Below are positions 1 through 9,791 of a stretch of DNA of 64,000 nucleotides, one piece after another. Below the pieces are notes generated by a model, which worked only from the letters and a program-made list of their open reading frames with translations, was not told the DNA's origin and made no database searches. The translations under genes and the position numbers were made by a program. The DNA is from Candidatus Latescibacterota bacterium. GTDB taxonomy: Bacteria > Latescibacterota > UBA2968 > GCA-2709665. Every line of letters begins with the position of its first letter. Position 1 is the first letter of the stretch. Where the stretch lies: positions 4,480,001 to 4,544,000 of the forward strand of contig OZ244744.1 in NCBI GenBank assembly GCA_965219455.1. The letters are read 5' to 3'.

Positions 1-2
1 TC

Positions 3-170
3 GTCCACTGCCGCAGGTCCATCACGGCGGATTCAGCGCTACGAATCGGAAAGGCCCTTGGAATGACCCCTGACTTCTGGCTGAATCTACAGCGAATGTA
101 CGACCTTGACGTAGCCCGTTCCACGACAGACGTCAGCGCCATCGAGCCGCTTGTCAAGGTATCCGGTTAA
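3..170 (+). CDS. higA: HigA-family (XRE HTH) addiction-module antitoxin, 3' part (cut by window start)
   Basis: Frame from nt 3 reads VHCRRSITADSALRIGKALGMTPDFWLNLQRMYDLDVARS...VSG*, matching the HigA pattern ITA(D/E)xALRLxxxxGxxxxFWLNLQxxYDL. Not in the ORF track. Confidence 0.85.
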   Translation, partial: VHCRRSITADSALRIGKALGMTPDFWLNLQRMYDLDVARSTTDVSAIEPLVKVSG

Positions 171-216
171 GCCAACTCTGCACAACAGAAGGATACGCCA
201 GGAGATCGAAAAAGCG

Positions 217-793
217 GTGGATTTTCACATTCAGGAAGAAACCGCGGACATTCTCTCAGAATACGGCAGGGTGTCGATTGCCTTCGAAGTGAAGAGCCGC
301 TTTCGGGTCGAACCTGTTGCCAATGGCCTGGGCGGGTTCCGGCTGGTCGAGGAAACCGTGGATCCACCCTGTACGAAGGATTACGACCAACCTGACGGCC
401 CCGAGCGCTGGACCCGGAGATCGTGGGACCTCTCGAACTGAATCTTTCTGGGCGCATTCCGGGAGAACGAGCGAATCGGCGGCGCGATCATCGCGTTTCA
501 CGTCGATGGCCTGAATTACTGTGAGGGGCGTGAAGACCTCGCGGGCCTGTGGGACATCCGCGTCAGCCCGGAATATCGAGGACGGGGCGTCGGCAGGGCA
601 CTCTTTGATCGCGTTGAAACCTGTGCCAGAAACCGGGGCTGCACCCAGCTCAAAATCGAAACCCAGAACATCAACGTCCCCGCCTGCCGCTTCTACGCGC
701 GCTTGGACGCCACGTTGGGCAAGGTCCATCTCTACGCCTACCGTGCCGAGGGCCTGGACGAGGTGGAACTGACCTGGTACTAAGGATCTGTAG
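217..793 (+). pseudogene. GNAT acetyltransferase (streptothricin-acetyltransferase-like), interrupted
   Basis: The frame continues past TGA at 439-441: WDLSN*IFLGAF...LWDIRVSPEYRGRGVGRALF...LKIETQNINVPACRFYAR...TWY*. This includes the acetyl-CoA motif RGRGVG. Removing the T at 781 gives the ending WYKDL-TAG. Confidence 0.8.
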
Positions 794-843
794 CTCGGCC
801 GTCGCGGTAACCCCCGGAACTGCCGGGGTACCGGCGCATCCGC

Positions 844-872
844 TTGACTTTCCTTGTCGGCCTCGGCATATT
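844..872 (+). promoter_or_regulatory. sigma-70-type promoter candidate
   Basis: TTGACT-17 nt-CATATT. Confidence 0.5.
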
Positions 873-918
873 TGAACTTCGATTCGTACGTGAAACCGGT
901 TTCGGCTGAGGACGAAGG

Positions 919-984
919 ATGACAAACGGCGGCTTCGACGGGATCTATCCCGCAATCGTGAGTCCAAAGGACTATCAAACATGA
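919..984 (+). pseudogene. 21-codon remnant resembling the N-terminus of a DHDPS/NanA-family aldolase
   Basis: RBS-like GAGG/AAGG, then MTNGGFDGIYPAIVSPKDYQT*, resembling the family start motif FxGIxPAxVTP. Confidence 0.4.
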
Positions 985-1037
985 GCCTCGTCCATTTATT
1001 GATATTTGCGACCTTGTATACCGCCATTCAGCTGGCA

Positions 1038-2885
1038 ATGCCTCGACGCGTCAGGGCCGGGACTCGCGATTTCGGGGAAGGGTTCGCGCGGCATGGCGTT
1101 GCGGCGCCGGTGTCCCGCGCGAGGGGCGTGGCGGCAACCGTAGACGGCGACGGGCGGCCGATTGTTCTTGCGTGGCCGATGGACCATCGGGGCTGCGGAT
1201 CGATTCTTGTGATCGATGTCCTCTCGGGCAAGGTGGATCAGGTCCCGACCCCGTTCGGGATGGCCTCCACACCGTTTGCGGTGCTGCTGTCCACCCGGAA
1301 CCGGTTCTATTCCTATTTCGACAAGTTCGTGGAGTTCGACGCCGAATCACGTCGCTTCACGTTCTGGTCCGACGCGCCGCCGAATTTCGCCATGTCGTTT
1401 ACGGAAGACGATAGCGGCGTGGTCTGGACGTCCGCGTATCCCAACTGCGAATTGCTGAGCTTCGATCCGGATACGGGGGAACTGACAAACTATGGACCGC
1501 TCAACCATGAAAGCTGGCCCCAGTATCCCCGAACAATCGCGGTGGACCGCTCGGGATGGGTTTACGTGGGCATCGGCGCGACGCGCGGGCAGATCGTGGC
1601 GTTTGATCCGAAGACCCGGGAGCGGAACGCGTTCGTCGCCGAATCTGACCGTCAGCACGGCGCATCCACGGTCTACCGGGGTATGGATGGAAAGGTGTAC
1701 GGAAAGCCCTTCCATGAAGGACCCTGGTGGGCACTGTTCGAAGGGGTGGTGACCCCCGTGGACGCTCCAGCCGGCGAGCAGCCGATTCTGGCCGGCAGCC
1801 AGGAAGCGATTCTGGATAACTTTCCGGATGGCTGGTCGTTGGAAACGATCAACCTGCCCGAGAAATTCGTCGAGGTCAGCGAGGCGGGAACGGTCAGGCG
1901 GTTGGATATCGACTACGAATCCGACGGATCGCACATTCTGTCGATCGCGGAAGGCCCGGATGGCAAAATCCACGGTTCGACCGGGCATCCGTTGCGGTTC
2001 TATACGTACGATACCAATGCGGACACGTTCGTTCACCGGGGTCTCTGGGACCTGAGCGGACATCTGAACGCGCTTGCGGTGCAGGGCGACAAGGTCTATT
2101 GCGGGGAGTATTCGGGCGGCAGGCTCTGGGAATACGATCCGTTTCGGCCATGGGACGATCAGGCAACGGCGCATCCGAACCCGAGGGTTCTGATTTCGGT
2201 GAGTCCGACGATCATCCGGCCGCACGCGCTGCTGGCGCATCCGGACGGCCGGCGGCTGGTCATGACGGGTACGCCGGGCTATGGATTGACGGGCGGGGGG
2301 ATGCTGATCTGGGATACCGAAACGGAGAGCCACACGCTGCTGACACACGACGATCTGCTTCCCGCACACAGCACCGTATCGCTCGTCGCGTTGCCCGACG
2401 GCAAAATCGTGGGGGGCACCACGATCAGCCCCGGCACGGGCGGAGAGGCGCACGCGAAGGAGGCCGAATTGTACGTTCTGGATCCGGATGAAAGACGCGT
2501 GCTGTTTCGCGATGTGGTTGTGCCTGGCGCCACGGAGATTCGGGACATGGTTCTGGGGCCGGACGGATTGGTCTACGGCCTGGCCCCCGGATCCGCGTTT
2601 TTCGTGTTCGATCCGGTATCGTGGGAGATCGTTCACAGCGAGGAGAAACTGCCTTACGGCGATCTCGCGGGCCAACAGGCCCCCAGGATCCTGGCGATGG
2701 GACCTGACAAAAAGATCTATGCGCTGTTCCGCAACGCGATCGTTCGGATCGAGCCGGGCTCGTTCGAACACATCCTGCTGGGGAAGCCCCCGGTGAACGC
2801 GAATGCGGGAATCGTAATACACAAAGGCCGGCTCTATTTCACCCATAGTTCGGAAGTCTGGAGCTTCCAGGTGCCCGGCCTGTAA
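1038..2885 (+). CDS. Beta-propeller repeat protein (WD40/YVTN/NHL-like), function unknown
   Basis: Repeated blade motifs (GPDGKIHG, GPDGLVYG, LPDGKIVG, FDPDTG, YDP). Start could also be 981. Confidence 0.75.
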   Translation: MPRRVRAGTRDFGEGFARHGVAAPVSRARGVAATVDGDGRPIVLAWPMDHRGCGSILVIDVLSGKVDQVPTPFGMASTPFAVLLSTRNRFYSYFDKFVEFDAESRRFTFWSDAPPNFAMSFTEDDSGVVWTSAYPNCELLSFDPDTGELTNYGPLNHESWPQYPRTIAVDRSGWVYVGIGATRGQIVAFDPKTRERNAFVAESDRQHGASTVYRGMDGKVYGKPFHEGPWWALFEGVVTPVDAPAGEQPILAGSQEAILDNFPDGWSLETINLPEKFVEVSEAGTVRRLDIDYESDGSHILSIAEGPDGKIHGSTGHPLRFYTYDTNADTFVHRGLWDLSGHLNALAVQGDKVYCGEYSGGRLWEYDPFRPWDDQATAHPNPRVLISVSPTIIRPHALLAHPDGRRLVMTGTPGYGLTGGGMLIWDTETESHTLLTHDDLLPAHSTVSLVALPDGKIVGGTTISPGTGGEAHAKEAELYVLDPDERRVLFRDVVVPGATEIRDMVLGPDGLVYGLAPGSAFFVFDPVSWEIVHSEEKLPYGDLAGQQAPRILAMGPDKKIYALFRNAIVRIEPGSFEHILLGKPPVNANAGIVIHKGRLYFTHSSEVWSFQVPGL

Positions 2886-2956
2886 AGAAGACGCCGACTG
2901 GCGGGACCAAAGCACGGGCCGCGGCGTTGACGCGCTGTTCGCGGCTGCACGTCGGA

Positions 2957-3721
2957 TCAGTCCATCAGCGCCCGCCAGAGCGCCCTGTAGTAGCGCAACA
3001 GGCGCTCGGGTTCCGGGCTGGCGGGGATTTCGGCAAGCGTGTAACCCTCGTACCCTTCGTCCTTCAGGAGGCCGAAGAGTTCCCGCCACGGGTATTCGGC
3101 TTTGTGCAATTCATTGATGTGCACGAGCCCGATCTTGTGTTTCAACAGGTCGAAACTCGCTTTGACCGAGCCGTCGACGACGTCCTGGGGGTTGGAGTTC
3201 CAGCAGAGATGGACGTTGTCATGGTCTGTATGGTCGATGATGGTGCGCATGCGGCGGGGTTCGCACGTGTCCCGTCCGTGAACCTCCACGCGAATCCGGA
3301 CACCCAGGCCGGCGGTGGCTTCTCCACATTCTCTCAGGGCGAGCCCTATCTGTTCAAGCGTCTGTTCTTCCGGTATTCCTTTGTCCGTCTGCAGCCCGTT
3401 GGGACGCACCTTCACCCCCGGACAACCCAGGTCCGCGGCGAGTTTCGCGGTTTCGACCGTCCCTTCGACGTTCTGACGCACCGTTTTCGCGTCCGGTGCA
3501 TGGTATTCGTAGACGCTTCCCAGGCCGACAATATCAATTCCCGCGTCTTCGAATCGACGTCTGACAGCGCTTCGTTCGGCGGGTGAAAGGTCGATTTCCA
3601 CGCCGTGTGCGTGTGTGGTGCGCAACTCAACGCCCTGAATCCCCGCGGTTTGGCACATGTCGATCAGTGTGGGGACATCCCAGTCTTTGGCGATCTGGTA
3701 GGTGACAATTCCAAGCTTCAT
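2957..3721 (-). CDS. Sugar phosphate isomerase/epimerase (xylose isomerase-like TIM barrel)
   Basis: GVELR, metal-ligand-like EVH, VHINE and LAE motifs; RBS AAGGAG. Confidence 0.85.
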   Translation of the reverse strand: MKLGIVTYQIAKDWDVPTLIDMCQTAGIQGVELRTTHAHGVEIDLSPAERSAVRRRFEDAGIDIVGLGSVYEYHAPDAKTVRQNVEGTVETAKLAADLGCPGVKVRPNGLQTDKGIPEEQTLEQIGLALRECGEATAGLGVRIRVEVHGRDTCEPRRMRTIIDHTDHDNVHLCWNSNPQDVVDGSVKASFDLLKHKIGLVHINELHKAEYPWRELFGLLKDEGYEGYTLAEIPASPEPERLLRYYRALWRALMD

Positions 3722-4013
3722 TTCGGGTGCTCCTTCCGTCCCTTTGTGGTTGTAGGGGTCGAATTCAAAATATCGGCTCTCGAACGAAAGTCAACGGTTT
3801 TGTTTTTTTGCGGCGGGTGCGGGAAGCGGCCTGGCCCAGGCGGTCATTTCGCATTGGGAGCCGCTCCCGCCAGCGCTCCCATTGTTTCTGTCCACGCCGG
3901 CGCACAGGCCGCCATCGTGGCCGCCTGACACCTCGGTTGGCAGTGTCAGGCCCAATCCTGACCGTATATTCGTTTACATTCATCGTGTAACCCATCGTTC
4001 ACCCGGAGGACAG

Positions 4014-4532
4014 ATGAACCGCCCGCATTCTGAACTCGTCCCGGGATTCCGGATCCGGCCTGCGGTACGGGAGGATATGGATCGGGTGGGCGAGATCGCG
4101 CGCGAGGCGTGGCGAAGGATCCACGACAGTTCAACGCAAATTTTGGGAGAGGAGATGCACGGAGTACTGTGCGCGAATTGGGAGGAAGAGAAAACAGCCG
4201 CGGTTCGCCGGCACTGGGAGCAGTTCTCTGAGTGGTTCAGGGTCGTTGAGGCAATGGAAAGAAGGAAGGTGGTTGCATTCCTGACGTATCGGATCGATTG
4301 CGGGAAATCGATGGGAAGAATCACGAATAACGCGGTGGCCCCGGAAGCACAGGGAAAGGGGATAGGTACGGCGATGTATCGGTATGCCCTGCGCTGTTTT
4401 CGGTCGGAAGGGCTTCGGTTTGCGGCCGTGGGCACGGGTTTGGACGAGGGCCACGCGCCCGCCCGCCGGGCCTATGAGAAAGCGGGATTCAACATTGCGC
4501 AGCCCCAGGTAACGTATTATCAATATCTTTAG
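4014..4532 (+). CDS. GNAT family N-acetyltransferase
   Basis: NAVAPEAQGKGIG and ARRAYEKAGF motifs; RBS GGAGG. Confidence 0.9.
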   Translation: MNRPHSELVPGFRIRPAVREDMDRVGEIAREAWRRIHDSSTQILGEEMHGVLCANWEEEKTAAVRRHWEQFSEWFRVVEAMERRKVVAFLTYRIDCGKSMGRITNNAVAPEAQGKGIGTAMYRYALRCFRSEGLRFAAVGTGLDEGHAPARRAYEKAGFNIAQPQVTYYQYL

Positions 4533-4578
4533 GCGGAGTCCGTGGGCGGATGTGATTCCCAATACAGGAGAGCGATTT

Positions 4579-5223
4579 ATGAAAGTACTGATTACTTCAG
4601 GTGGGTCAACGCTGGCTCAGGCATTGGCGGCGGACCTGTCGCGGGAACACGACGTGACGTTGACGGACGTCGTGGCCGTGCCGACGGATCTCGCCTTCCT
4701 TCAGTGTGAATTGGGCCACGATGGAGAGACGGAATCCCTGGTGGATGGGATGGATACGATCGTGCATCTCGCGGAGTTGCCCGAAGGATTGAAGAGCGAC
4801 GAACGCGAAATCGACTTTCAGACGAGGTGCACGTATAACCTGTTGCATGCCGCCCGGGAGAAAAAGGTCGGCCACGTGGTTTATATCAGTTCGCTGAGCC
4901 TGTTTTCGACGTGTGATCCGAATTGGAACGTGACGGAGCAGTGGGCGCCGCGGCCGTCAACGGATGCCGCGCCAATGGGGAGTTACCTGGGTGAATTCAC
5001 CTGCAGGGAGTTCGCGCGGGAGCACTCGTTGCGCGTGACCTGTTTGCGTTTCGGCGATGTCGGTGACGGTGGCGACATGGCGTTGACGGTGGAAGACGCG
5101 GTCAGGGCCATTGCAATGGCACTGTCGAAAGACGGGCCCATGTGGCAAGTGCTTCACGTGCAGTCTGAAGTCGAAAACGCAAGGTTTCCCATCGACCAGG
5201 CCAAAAAAGCCCTGGGTATTTAG
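4579..5223 (+). CDS. NAD(P)-dependent epimerase/dehydratase-like protein with degenerate motifs
   Basis: MKVLIT..., DTIVHLA, YNLLHAA and VVYISS fit an extended SDR fold; GxxGxxG and YxxxK are degenerate. Confidence 0.75.
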   Translation: MKVLITSGGSTLAQALAADLSREHDVTLTDVVAVPTDLAFLQCELGHDGETESLVDGMDTIVHLAELPEGLKSDEREIDFQTRCTYNLLHAAREKKVGHVVYISSLSLFSTCDPNWNVTEQWAPRPSTDAAPMGSYLGEFTCREFAREHSLRVTCLRFGDVGDGGDMALTVEDAVRAIAMALSKDGPMWQVLHVQSEVENARFPIDQAKKALGI

Positions 5224-5419
5224 GGTCCCGTCCCGGAAATATGTCGCCATTCTTCCGCCGGTTCATCCCGTCTCACTGCGCCCGTTCTGGTCTCGTCTCT
5301 TCACGGCGCTGATGTCAACTGATTGGGTTTTTGGTTCAAGCTGACGGCTGAGAGCTGATAGCTGTTTTTGCTGCTTCTGATCGGCCGAATTTCGGCAACC
5401 TATTTCCGGGACAGAACAC
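5223..5419. mobile_element. MITE-like element, family C, copy 1
   Basis: Imperfect terminal inverted repeats GTCCCGTCCCGGAAATA / TATTTCCGGGACAGAAC; both ends are homologous to 52251-52413 (inverted), and the left end to 26103-26190. Confidence 0.7.
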
Positions 5420-5448
5420 CAGGCAGTGATATCTGACCCACTCTGGAG

Positions 5449-6183
5449 ATGGAAATGAAAGTCGTAGTTTACGGCGGTAATGGTATGTTGGGGCCCCACG
5501 TGGTGAAGGCCCTGGAGGGGCACGTTTCGCTGCGGTTAACCGATCTGGAGCCGTTCGAAACGCCCCATAAAATGATGCCCGTGGACGTAGCGGACCCCGA
5601 GGCCGTTATGCGCGCGGCCGAAGGGATGGATGCGATCATTAACCTTTCCGTCCTGCGCCCGCATCGGAAAATCGCGTTCGACGTGAATACCCTGGGGTGT
5701 TACAACGTCATGCGCGCGGCCGTTAGGAACGGGATCCGGCGCGTCATCAACACGGGGCCGTACTTTACCGTACAGGGCGACCCCTACGTGGACTGGGACT
5801 ATCACATCGGTCCGGACGTGCCCCCCAGGCCCGGAACGAATCTGTATACGCTGTCCAAGGGATTGGGCCAGGAAATCTGCCGGATCTTCACCTCGAACTT
5901 CGACGTGTACGTGCTGTGTTACCTGTTCTGGAGTTTTCGCGATCACGACCCATCCTCTCAACCGGTTCACGACCGGTCTTTTATTGTGACGTGGCGGGAT
6001 GCCGCTGAAGCGTTCCTCCCCGGATTGAAAATTCCACTGGAGCGTCTGCCGTCAAGATGCGAGGTATTCAATATTCTCGGCGACCGGCCGCACGGGCACT
6101 TTACGAACGCGAAGGCCAGGCGGATCCTGGGGTGGCAACCCCGGGATGGGCTGGAATACACGTACATGAAAAAACTCAGGTAG
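5449..6183 (+). CDS. NAD(P)-dependent oxidoreductase/epimerase (uronate-dehydrogenase-like SDR), paralog A
   Basis: GGNGMLG Rossmann motif and YTLSK catalytic motif. Confidence 0.85.
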   Translation: MEMKVVVYGGNGMLGPHVVKALEGHVSLRLTDLEPFETPHKMMPVDVADPEAVMRAAEGMDAIINLSVLRPHRKIAFDVNTLGCYNVMRAAVRNGIRRVINTGPYFTVQGDPYVDWDYHIGPDVPPRPGTNLYTLSKGLGQEICRIFTSNFDVYVLCYLFWSFRDHDPSSQPVHDRSFIVTWRDAAEAFLPGLKIPLERLPSRCEVFNILGDRPHGHFTNAKARRILGWQPRDGLEYTYMKKLR

Positions 6184-6205
6184 TCAAATCCGACCGACAC
6201 TGGAG

Positions 6206-6934
6206 ATGGAAATGAAAGTCGTAATTTACGGCGGTAATGGTATGTTGGGGCCCCACGTGGTGAAGGCCCTGGAGGAGCACGTGGCCTTGCGGTTAACCGA
6301 TCTGGAGCCGTTCGAAACGCCCCACGAAATGATGCCCGTGGACGTAGCGGACCCCGGGGCCGTTATGCGCGCGGCCGAAGGGATGGATGCGATCATTAAC
6401 CTGTCCGTCTTGCGGCCGCATCGAAAGATCGCGTTCGACGTGAATACCCTGGGGTGTTACAACGTCATGCGCGCAGCGGTCAGGCATGGGATCCGTCGGG
6501 TGATCAATACCGGACCGCACTTCACCGTTCAGGGGGACCCCTACGTCGCGTGGGACTATGGCATTGGCCCGGATGTGCCTCCGAAGCCCAGTACGAATTT
6601 GTATGCGCTTTCGAAGGGATTGGGGCAGGAAATATGTCGGATCTTTACGTTGCATTCCGACGTTTACGTGTTGTGTTACCTGTTTTGCATCTTTCGGGAT
6701 CACGATGCGTCGTCCGCGCCGGCTCGGGACTGGTCGTTCCTGGTATCGTGGCGGGACGCGGCCGCTGCGTTCCTGCCGGGGTTGACCATCGAACTGGACC
6801 GATTGCCGTCGCGGTGCGAGGTATTCAATATCTTCAGTGATCGTCCGCACGGGCAGTTTCTGAACGATAAAGCGAAGCGCATTCTGGGGTGGCAGCCGAA
6901 GGATGGCCTGCAATATACGTATTTGAAGAAATAG
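6206..6934 (+). CDS. NAD(P)-dependent oxidoreductase/epimerase, paralog B (tandem duplicate)
   Basis: GGNGMLG and YALSK; N-terminal half nearly identical to 5449-6183. Confidence 0.85.
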   Translation: MEMKVVIYGGNGMLGPHVVKALEEHVALRLTDLEPFETPHEMMPVDVADPGAVMRAAEGMDAIINLSVLRPHRKIAFDVNTLGCYNVMRAAVRHGIRRVINTGPHFTVQGDPYVAWDYGIGPDVPPKPSTNLYALSKGLGQEICRIFTLHSDVYVLCYLFCIFRDHDASSAPARDWSFLVSWRDAAAAFLPGLTIELDRLPSRCEVFNIFSDRPHGQFLNDKAKRILGWQPKDGLQYTYLKK

Positions 6935-6965
6935 ACGCCCGCCCACCGTTGAAAATTTCAGGGTT

Positions 6966-8309
6966 ATGCTCGTGAATTATACACCGCATACGGATCGAGA
7001 TATCCGGAAAATGCTGGAGACGATCGGGGTCGATTCAGTAGAGGCATTGTTTGAACCGGTGCCGGAATCCCTTCGCCTGAATTCCCTGAATCTGCCCGCC
7101 GGCATCAGCGAGATGGAGGCGCTTGGGCTGGTTCAGGACCTTGGCCGGTCAGCGCGAGAGCAAACGCCTGCGCTGTCTTTCGTTGGCGGCGGCGCCTACG
7201 AGCACTTCACGCCCAGCGTCGTTGATGCAATGATTTCACGCAGCGAGTTCTATACGGCATATACACCGTATCAGGCGGAGGTGAGCCAGGGTACGCTGCG
7301 GGCAATTTTCGAGTTCCAGACCATGGTCTGCGAGTTGACCGGTATGGAGGTGGCCAACGCCTCCATGTACGACGGCGCGTCCGCCCTTGCGGAAGCGGTG
7401 TTGATGGCGGTGCGGATTAACGACGGTTCCCGCGTACTGCTGCCGCGCAGCCTGCACCCGTTCTACCGGCGTGTGGTGGAGACGTATGCGTGGGGAATCG
7501 GACTGGAATTGGTGGAAATTCCGTGGACGGATGCCGGAACGATCGACCTGGACCGGGTCGAGTCGGAGATGAATGACGACACTGCCGCGGTGGTCGTGCA
7601 GAATCCGAATTTTTTGGGCGTGCTGGAACCGCTGGACGCACTGGGAAGCCTTATACGGAATCACCGGGCGGCCTATGTCGCGGCGGTGAATCCGATTTCC
7701 CTGGGGGTGATCCGGCCCCCGGGAGACTTCGGAGCGGACATTGTGGTCGGCGACGGGCAGCCGCTGGGATTGCCGTTGTCCTACGGGGGTCCCTACGTGG
7801 GGATGTTCGCCACGTGCGAACAGCATATTCGACGAATGCCCGGGCGGGTGGTCGGGCAGGCCACCGATGCGGATGGAAGGCGGGGGTTCGTGATGACCCT
7901 GCAGACGCGCGAACAGCATATTCGTCGGGAACGGGCAACCTCGAATATCTGTACGAATCAGACGCTATGCGCGACGGCGGCGACCGTCTATCTCGCGTCG
8001 CTGGGGCCGGAAGGTCTGCGGGAAGTTGGCATGTTGAACTGGAACCGAAGCCACGATGCGGCGGCTGCGCTGCGCGAGATCGATGGGCTTTCTCTCAAGT
8101 TCTCCGGCGCGTCGTTCAACGAGTTCGTGGTTGAAACCACCCGGCCGGCGCAGGAAGCACTCGGCGCGTTACGAGGAAAAGGCATCGCCGGCGGTATCGA
8201 TCTGGGGCGTTTTTATCCCGAACTGGACCGGTGCGTTCTGACGTGTTTGACCGAAACGAAGACCGGAACGGACGTGACGCGTCTGGTTGATGCCTGGAGA
8301 GACGTGTAA
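6966..8309 (+). CDS. gcvPA: Glycine dehydrogenase (decarboxylating) subunit 1
   Basis: EFYTAYTPYQAEVSQG, NASMYDG and QTREQHIRRERATSNICTNQ. Confidence 0.97.
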   Translation: MLVNYTPHTDRDIRKMLETIGVDSVEALFEPVPESLRLNSLNLPAGISEMEALGLVQDLGRSAREQTPALSFVGGGAYEHFTPSVVDAMISRSEFYTAYTPYQAEVSQGTLRAIFEFQTMVCELTGMEVANASMYDGASALAEAVLMAVRINDGSRVLLPRSLHPFYRRVVETYAWGIGLELVEIPWTDAGTIDLDRVESEMNDDTAAVVVQNPNFLGVLEPLDALGSLIRNHRAAYVAAVNPISLGVIRPPGDFGADIVVGDGQPLGLPLSYGGPYVGMFATCEQHIRRMPGRVVGQATDADGRRGFVMTLQTREQHIRRERATSNICTNQTLCATAATVYLASLGPEGLREVGMLNWNRSHDAAAALREIDGLSLKFSGASFNEFVVETTRPAQEALGALRGKGIAGGIDLGRFYPELDRCVLTCLTETKTGTDVTRLVDAWRDV

Positions 8310-9760
8310 TGGATCGGGATCTGTTGATTTTTGAAAGGGGTGAAAGCGGGCGGCGTTGTACGACCTATCCGGATGCCGGCGCTCCGGTTGTGCCCATACC
8401 CGAAGCTATGTATCGGAATGACGCGCCTGCGTTGCCGGAAGTCAGCGAACTTGAACTGGTGCGCCATTACGTTAAGCTCTCGACCATGAACTTCAGTATC
8501 GATACCGCGTTTTACCCGCTGGGTTCGTGTACGATGAAGTACAATCCCAAAGTACACGAACGCGCCGCACGGCTACCTGATTTCGCGGGATTGCATCCCT
8601 TCGCGGATGCGTCGTCGTCCCAGGCGGCGTTACGTGTCTTGTGGGAAATGGATGAGATATTGAAAGCCGTAACCGGGATGGACGGTTTTACGTTTCAGCC
8701 GGCGGCCGGAGCACAGGGAGAATTCGTCGGGATCTCACTGATAGCGGCGTACCACCGTGAGAAACAAGATAGCAGGCAGATCGTGCTGATTCCGGATTCG
8801 GCCCACGGTACAAACCCCGCTACCGCGGCGATGTGCGGCTTTCGGGTGGAGACATTGAAGTCTACCGACCGAGGAACCGTGGATGTCGCGGATCTGAAAG
8901 CCAAGATGAACGACCGGGTCGCGGGATTGATGCTGACCAATCCCAATACTTTCGGCGTGTTCGAGGATGAGATCCTGGAAATCCAGCAGGTGGTCCACGA
9001 CGGCGGGGGGTTGCTCTATTACGATGGAGCGAATTTGAACGCATTCTTAGGACAATGCCGGCCTGGAGATATGGGTTTTGACGTTGTCCACATCAACTTG
9101 CACAAGACTTTCACCACCCCGCATGGGGGTGGCGGCCCCGGGTCCGGGCCGGTCGGCGTGAAGGAAGCGTTGCTGCCTTATTTGCCGGTCCCTGTCGTGG
9201 CGAAAGAAGGCGATCTCTTCCGGTTGGACTACGATCGCCCGCAGTCGATCGGAAAGGTCAGTACGTTCTACGGAAATTTCGGGATGGTGATTCGTGCCTA
9301 TGTATACGCCAGAATGCTGGGCGCGGAAGGGATGCGGCGCACAAGCGAGATGGCAGTCTTGAACGCGAATTATATCGCCAGCCGGCTGGACGGCTACTAT
9401 GACCGCCCGAAATCGGCTCAGCCCATGCACGAAATGGTGTTCTCGGCGTCGCGGCAGAAACGGGCCAACGGGGTGAGCGCTCTGGATATCGCCAAGAGAC
9501 TGATCGACTACGGACATCACCCGCCCACGATTTATTTTCCGTTGCCCAGGGTGGCGCCGGAGGCGATGTTGATCGAGCCGACGGAGACCGAGAGCCTGGA
9601 ACAGCTTGACGAGTTCATCGACGCTATGATCCGGATCGCCAGAGAAGCAAAAGAGGACGCCGACCTGTTGCGCAATGCGCCGCATCACACGACCGTGCGG
9701 CGGCTGGATGAAGCAACGGCCGCGCGGAAGCCCGTGCTGCGAGCGAACCGGGGCGCATAA
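8309..9760 (+). CDS. gcvPB: Glycine dehydrogenase (decarboxylating) subunit 2
   Basis: YPLGSCTMKYNP, SAHGTNPATA and PLP-lysine motif HINLHKTFTTPHGGGGPG; TAATG coupling to gcvPA. Confidence 0.97.
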   Translation: MDRDLLIFERGESGRRCTTYPDAGAPVVPIPEAMYRNDAPALPEVSELELVRHYVKLSTMNFSIDTAFYPLGSCTMKYNPKVHERAARLPDFAGLHPFADASSSQAALRVLWEMDEILKAVTGMDGFTFQPAAGAQGEFVGISLIAAYHREKQDSRQIVLIPDSAHGTNPATAAMCGFRVETLKSTDRGTVDVADLKAKMNDRVAGLMLTNPNTFGVFEDEILEIQQVVHDGGGLLYYDGANLNAFLGQCRPGDMGFDVVHINLHKTFTTPHGGGGPGSGPVGVKEALLPYLPVPVVAKEGDLFRLDYDRPQSIGKVSTFYGNFGMVIRAYVYARMLGAEGMRRTSEMAVLNANYIASRLDGYYDRPKSAQPMHEMVFSASRQKRANGVSALDIAKRLIDYGHHPPTIYFPLPRVAPEAMLIEPTETESLEQLDEFIDAMIRIAREAKEDADLLRNAPHHTTVRRLDEATAARKPVLRANRGA

Positions 9761-9791
9761 CGCCCATGCCAATATCACCTTCAACGATGAT

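Noticed and set aside
439-441. Selenocysteine or alternative genetic code at the in-frame TGA
   Set aside because: The context suggests a Trp position, a second lesion exists at 781, and TGA is used as a normal stop throughout the window.
5340-5364. GCTGA-based heptamer run (GCTGACGGCTGAGAGCTGATAGCTG) as a CRISPR or tandem array
   Set aside because: Only three to four short units with no spacers and no cas genes; it lies inside the family C element.
6966-9760. gcvPA/PB without adjacent gcvT/gcvH as a novel system
   Set aside because: Split gcv loci are common, and the partner genes may lie outside the window.
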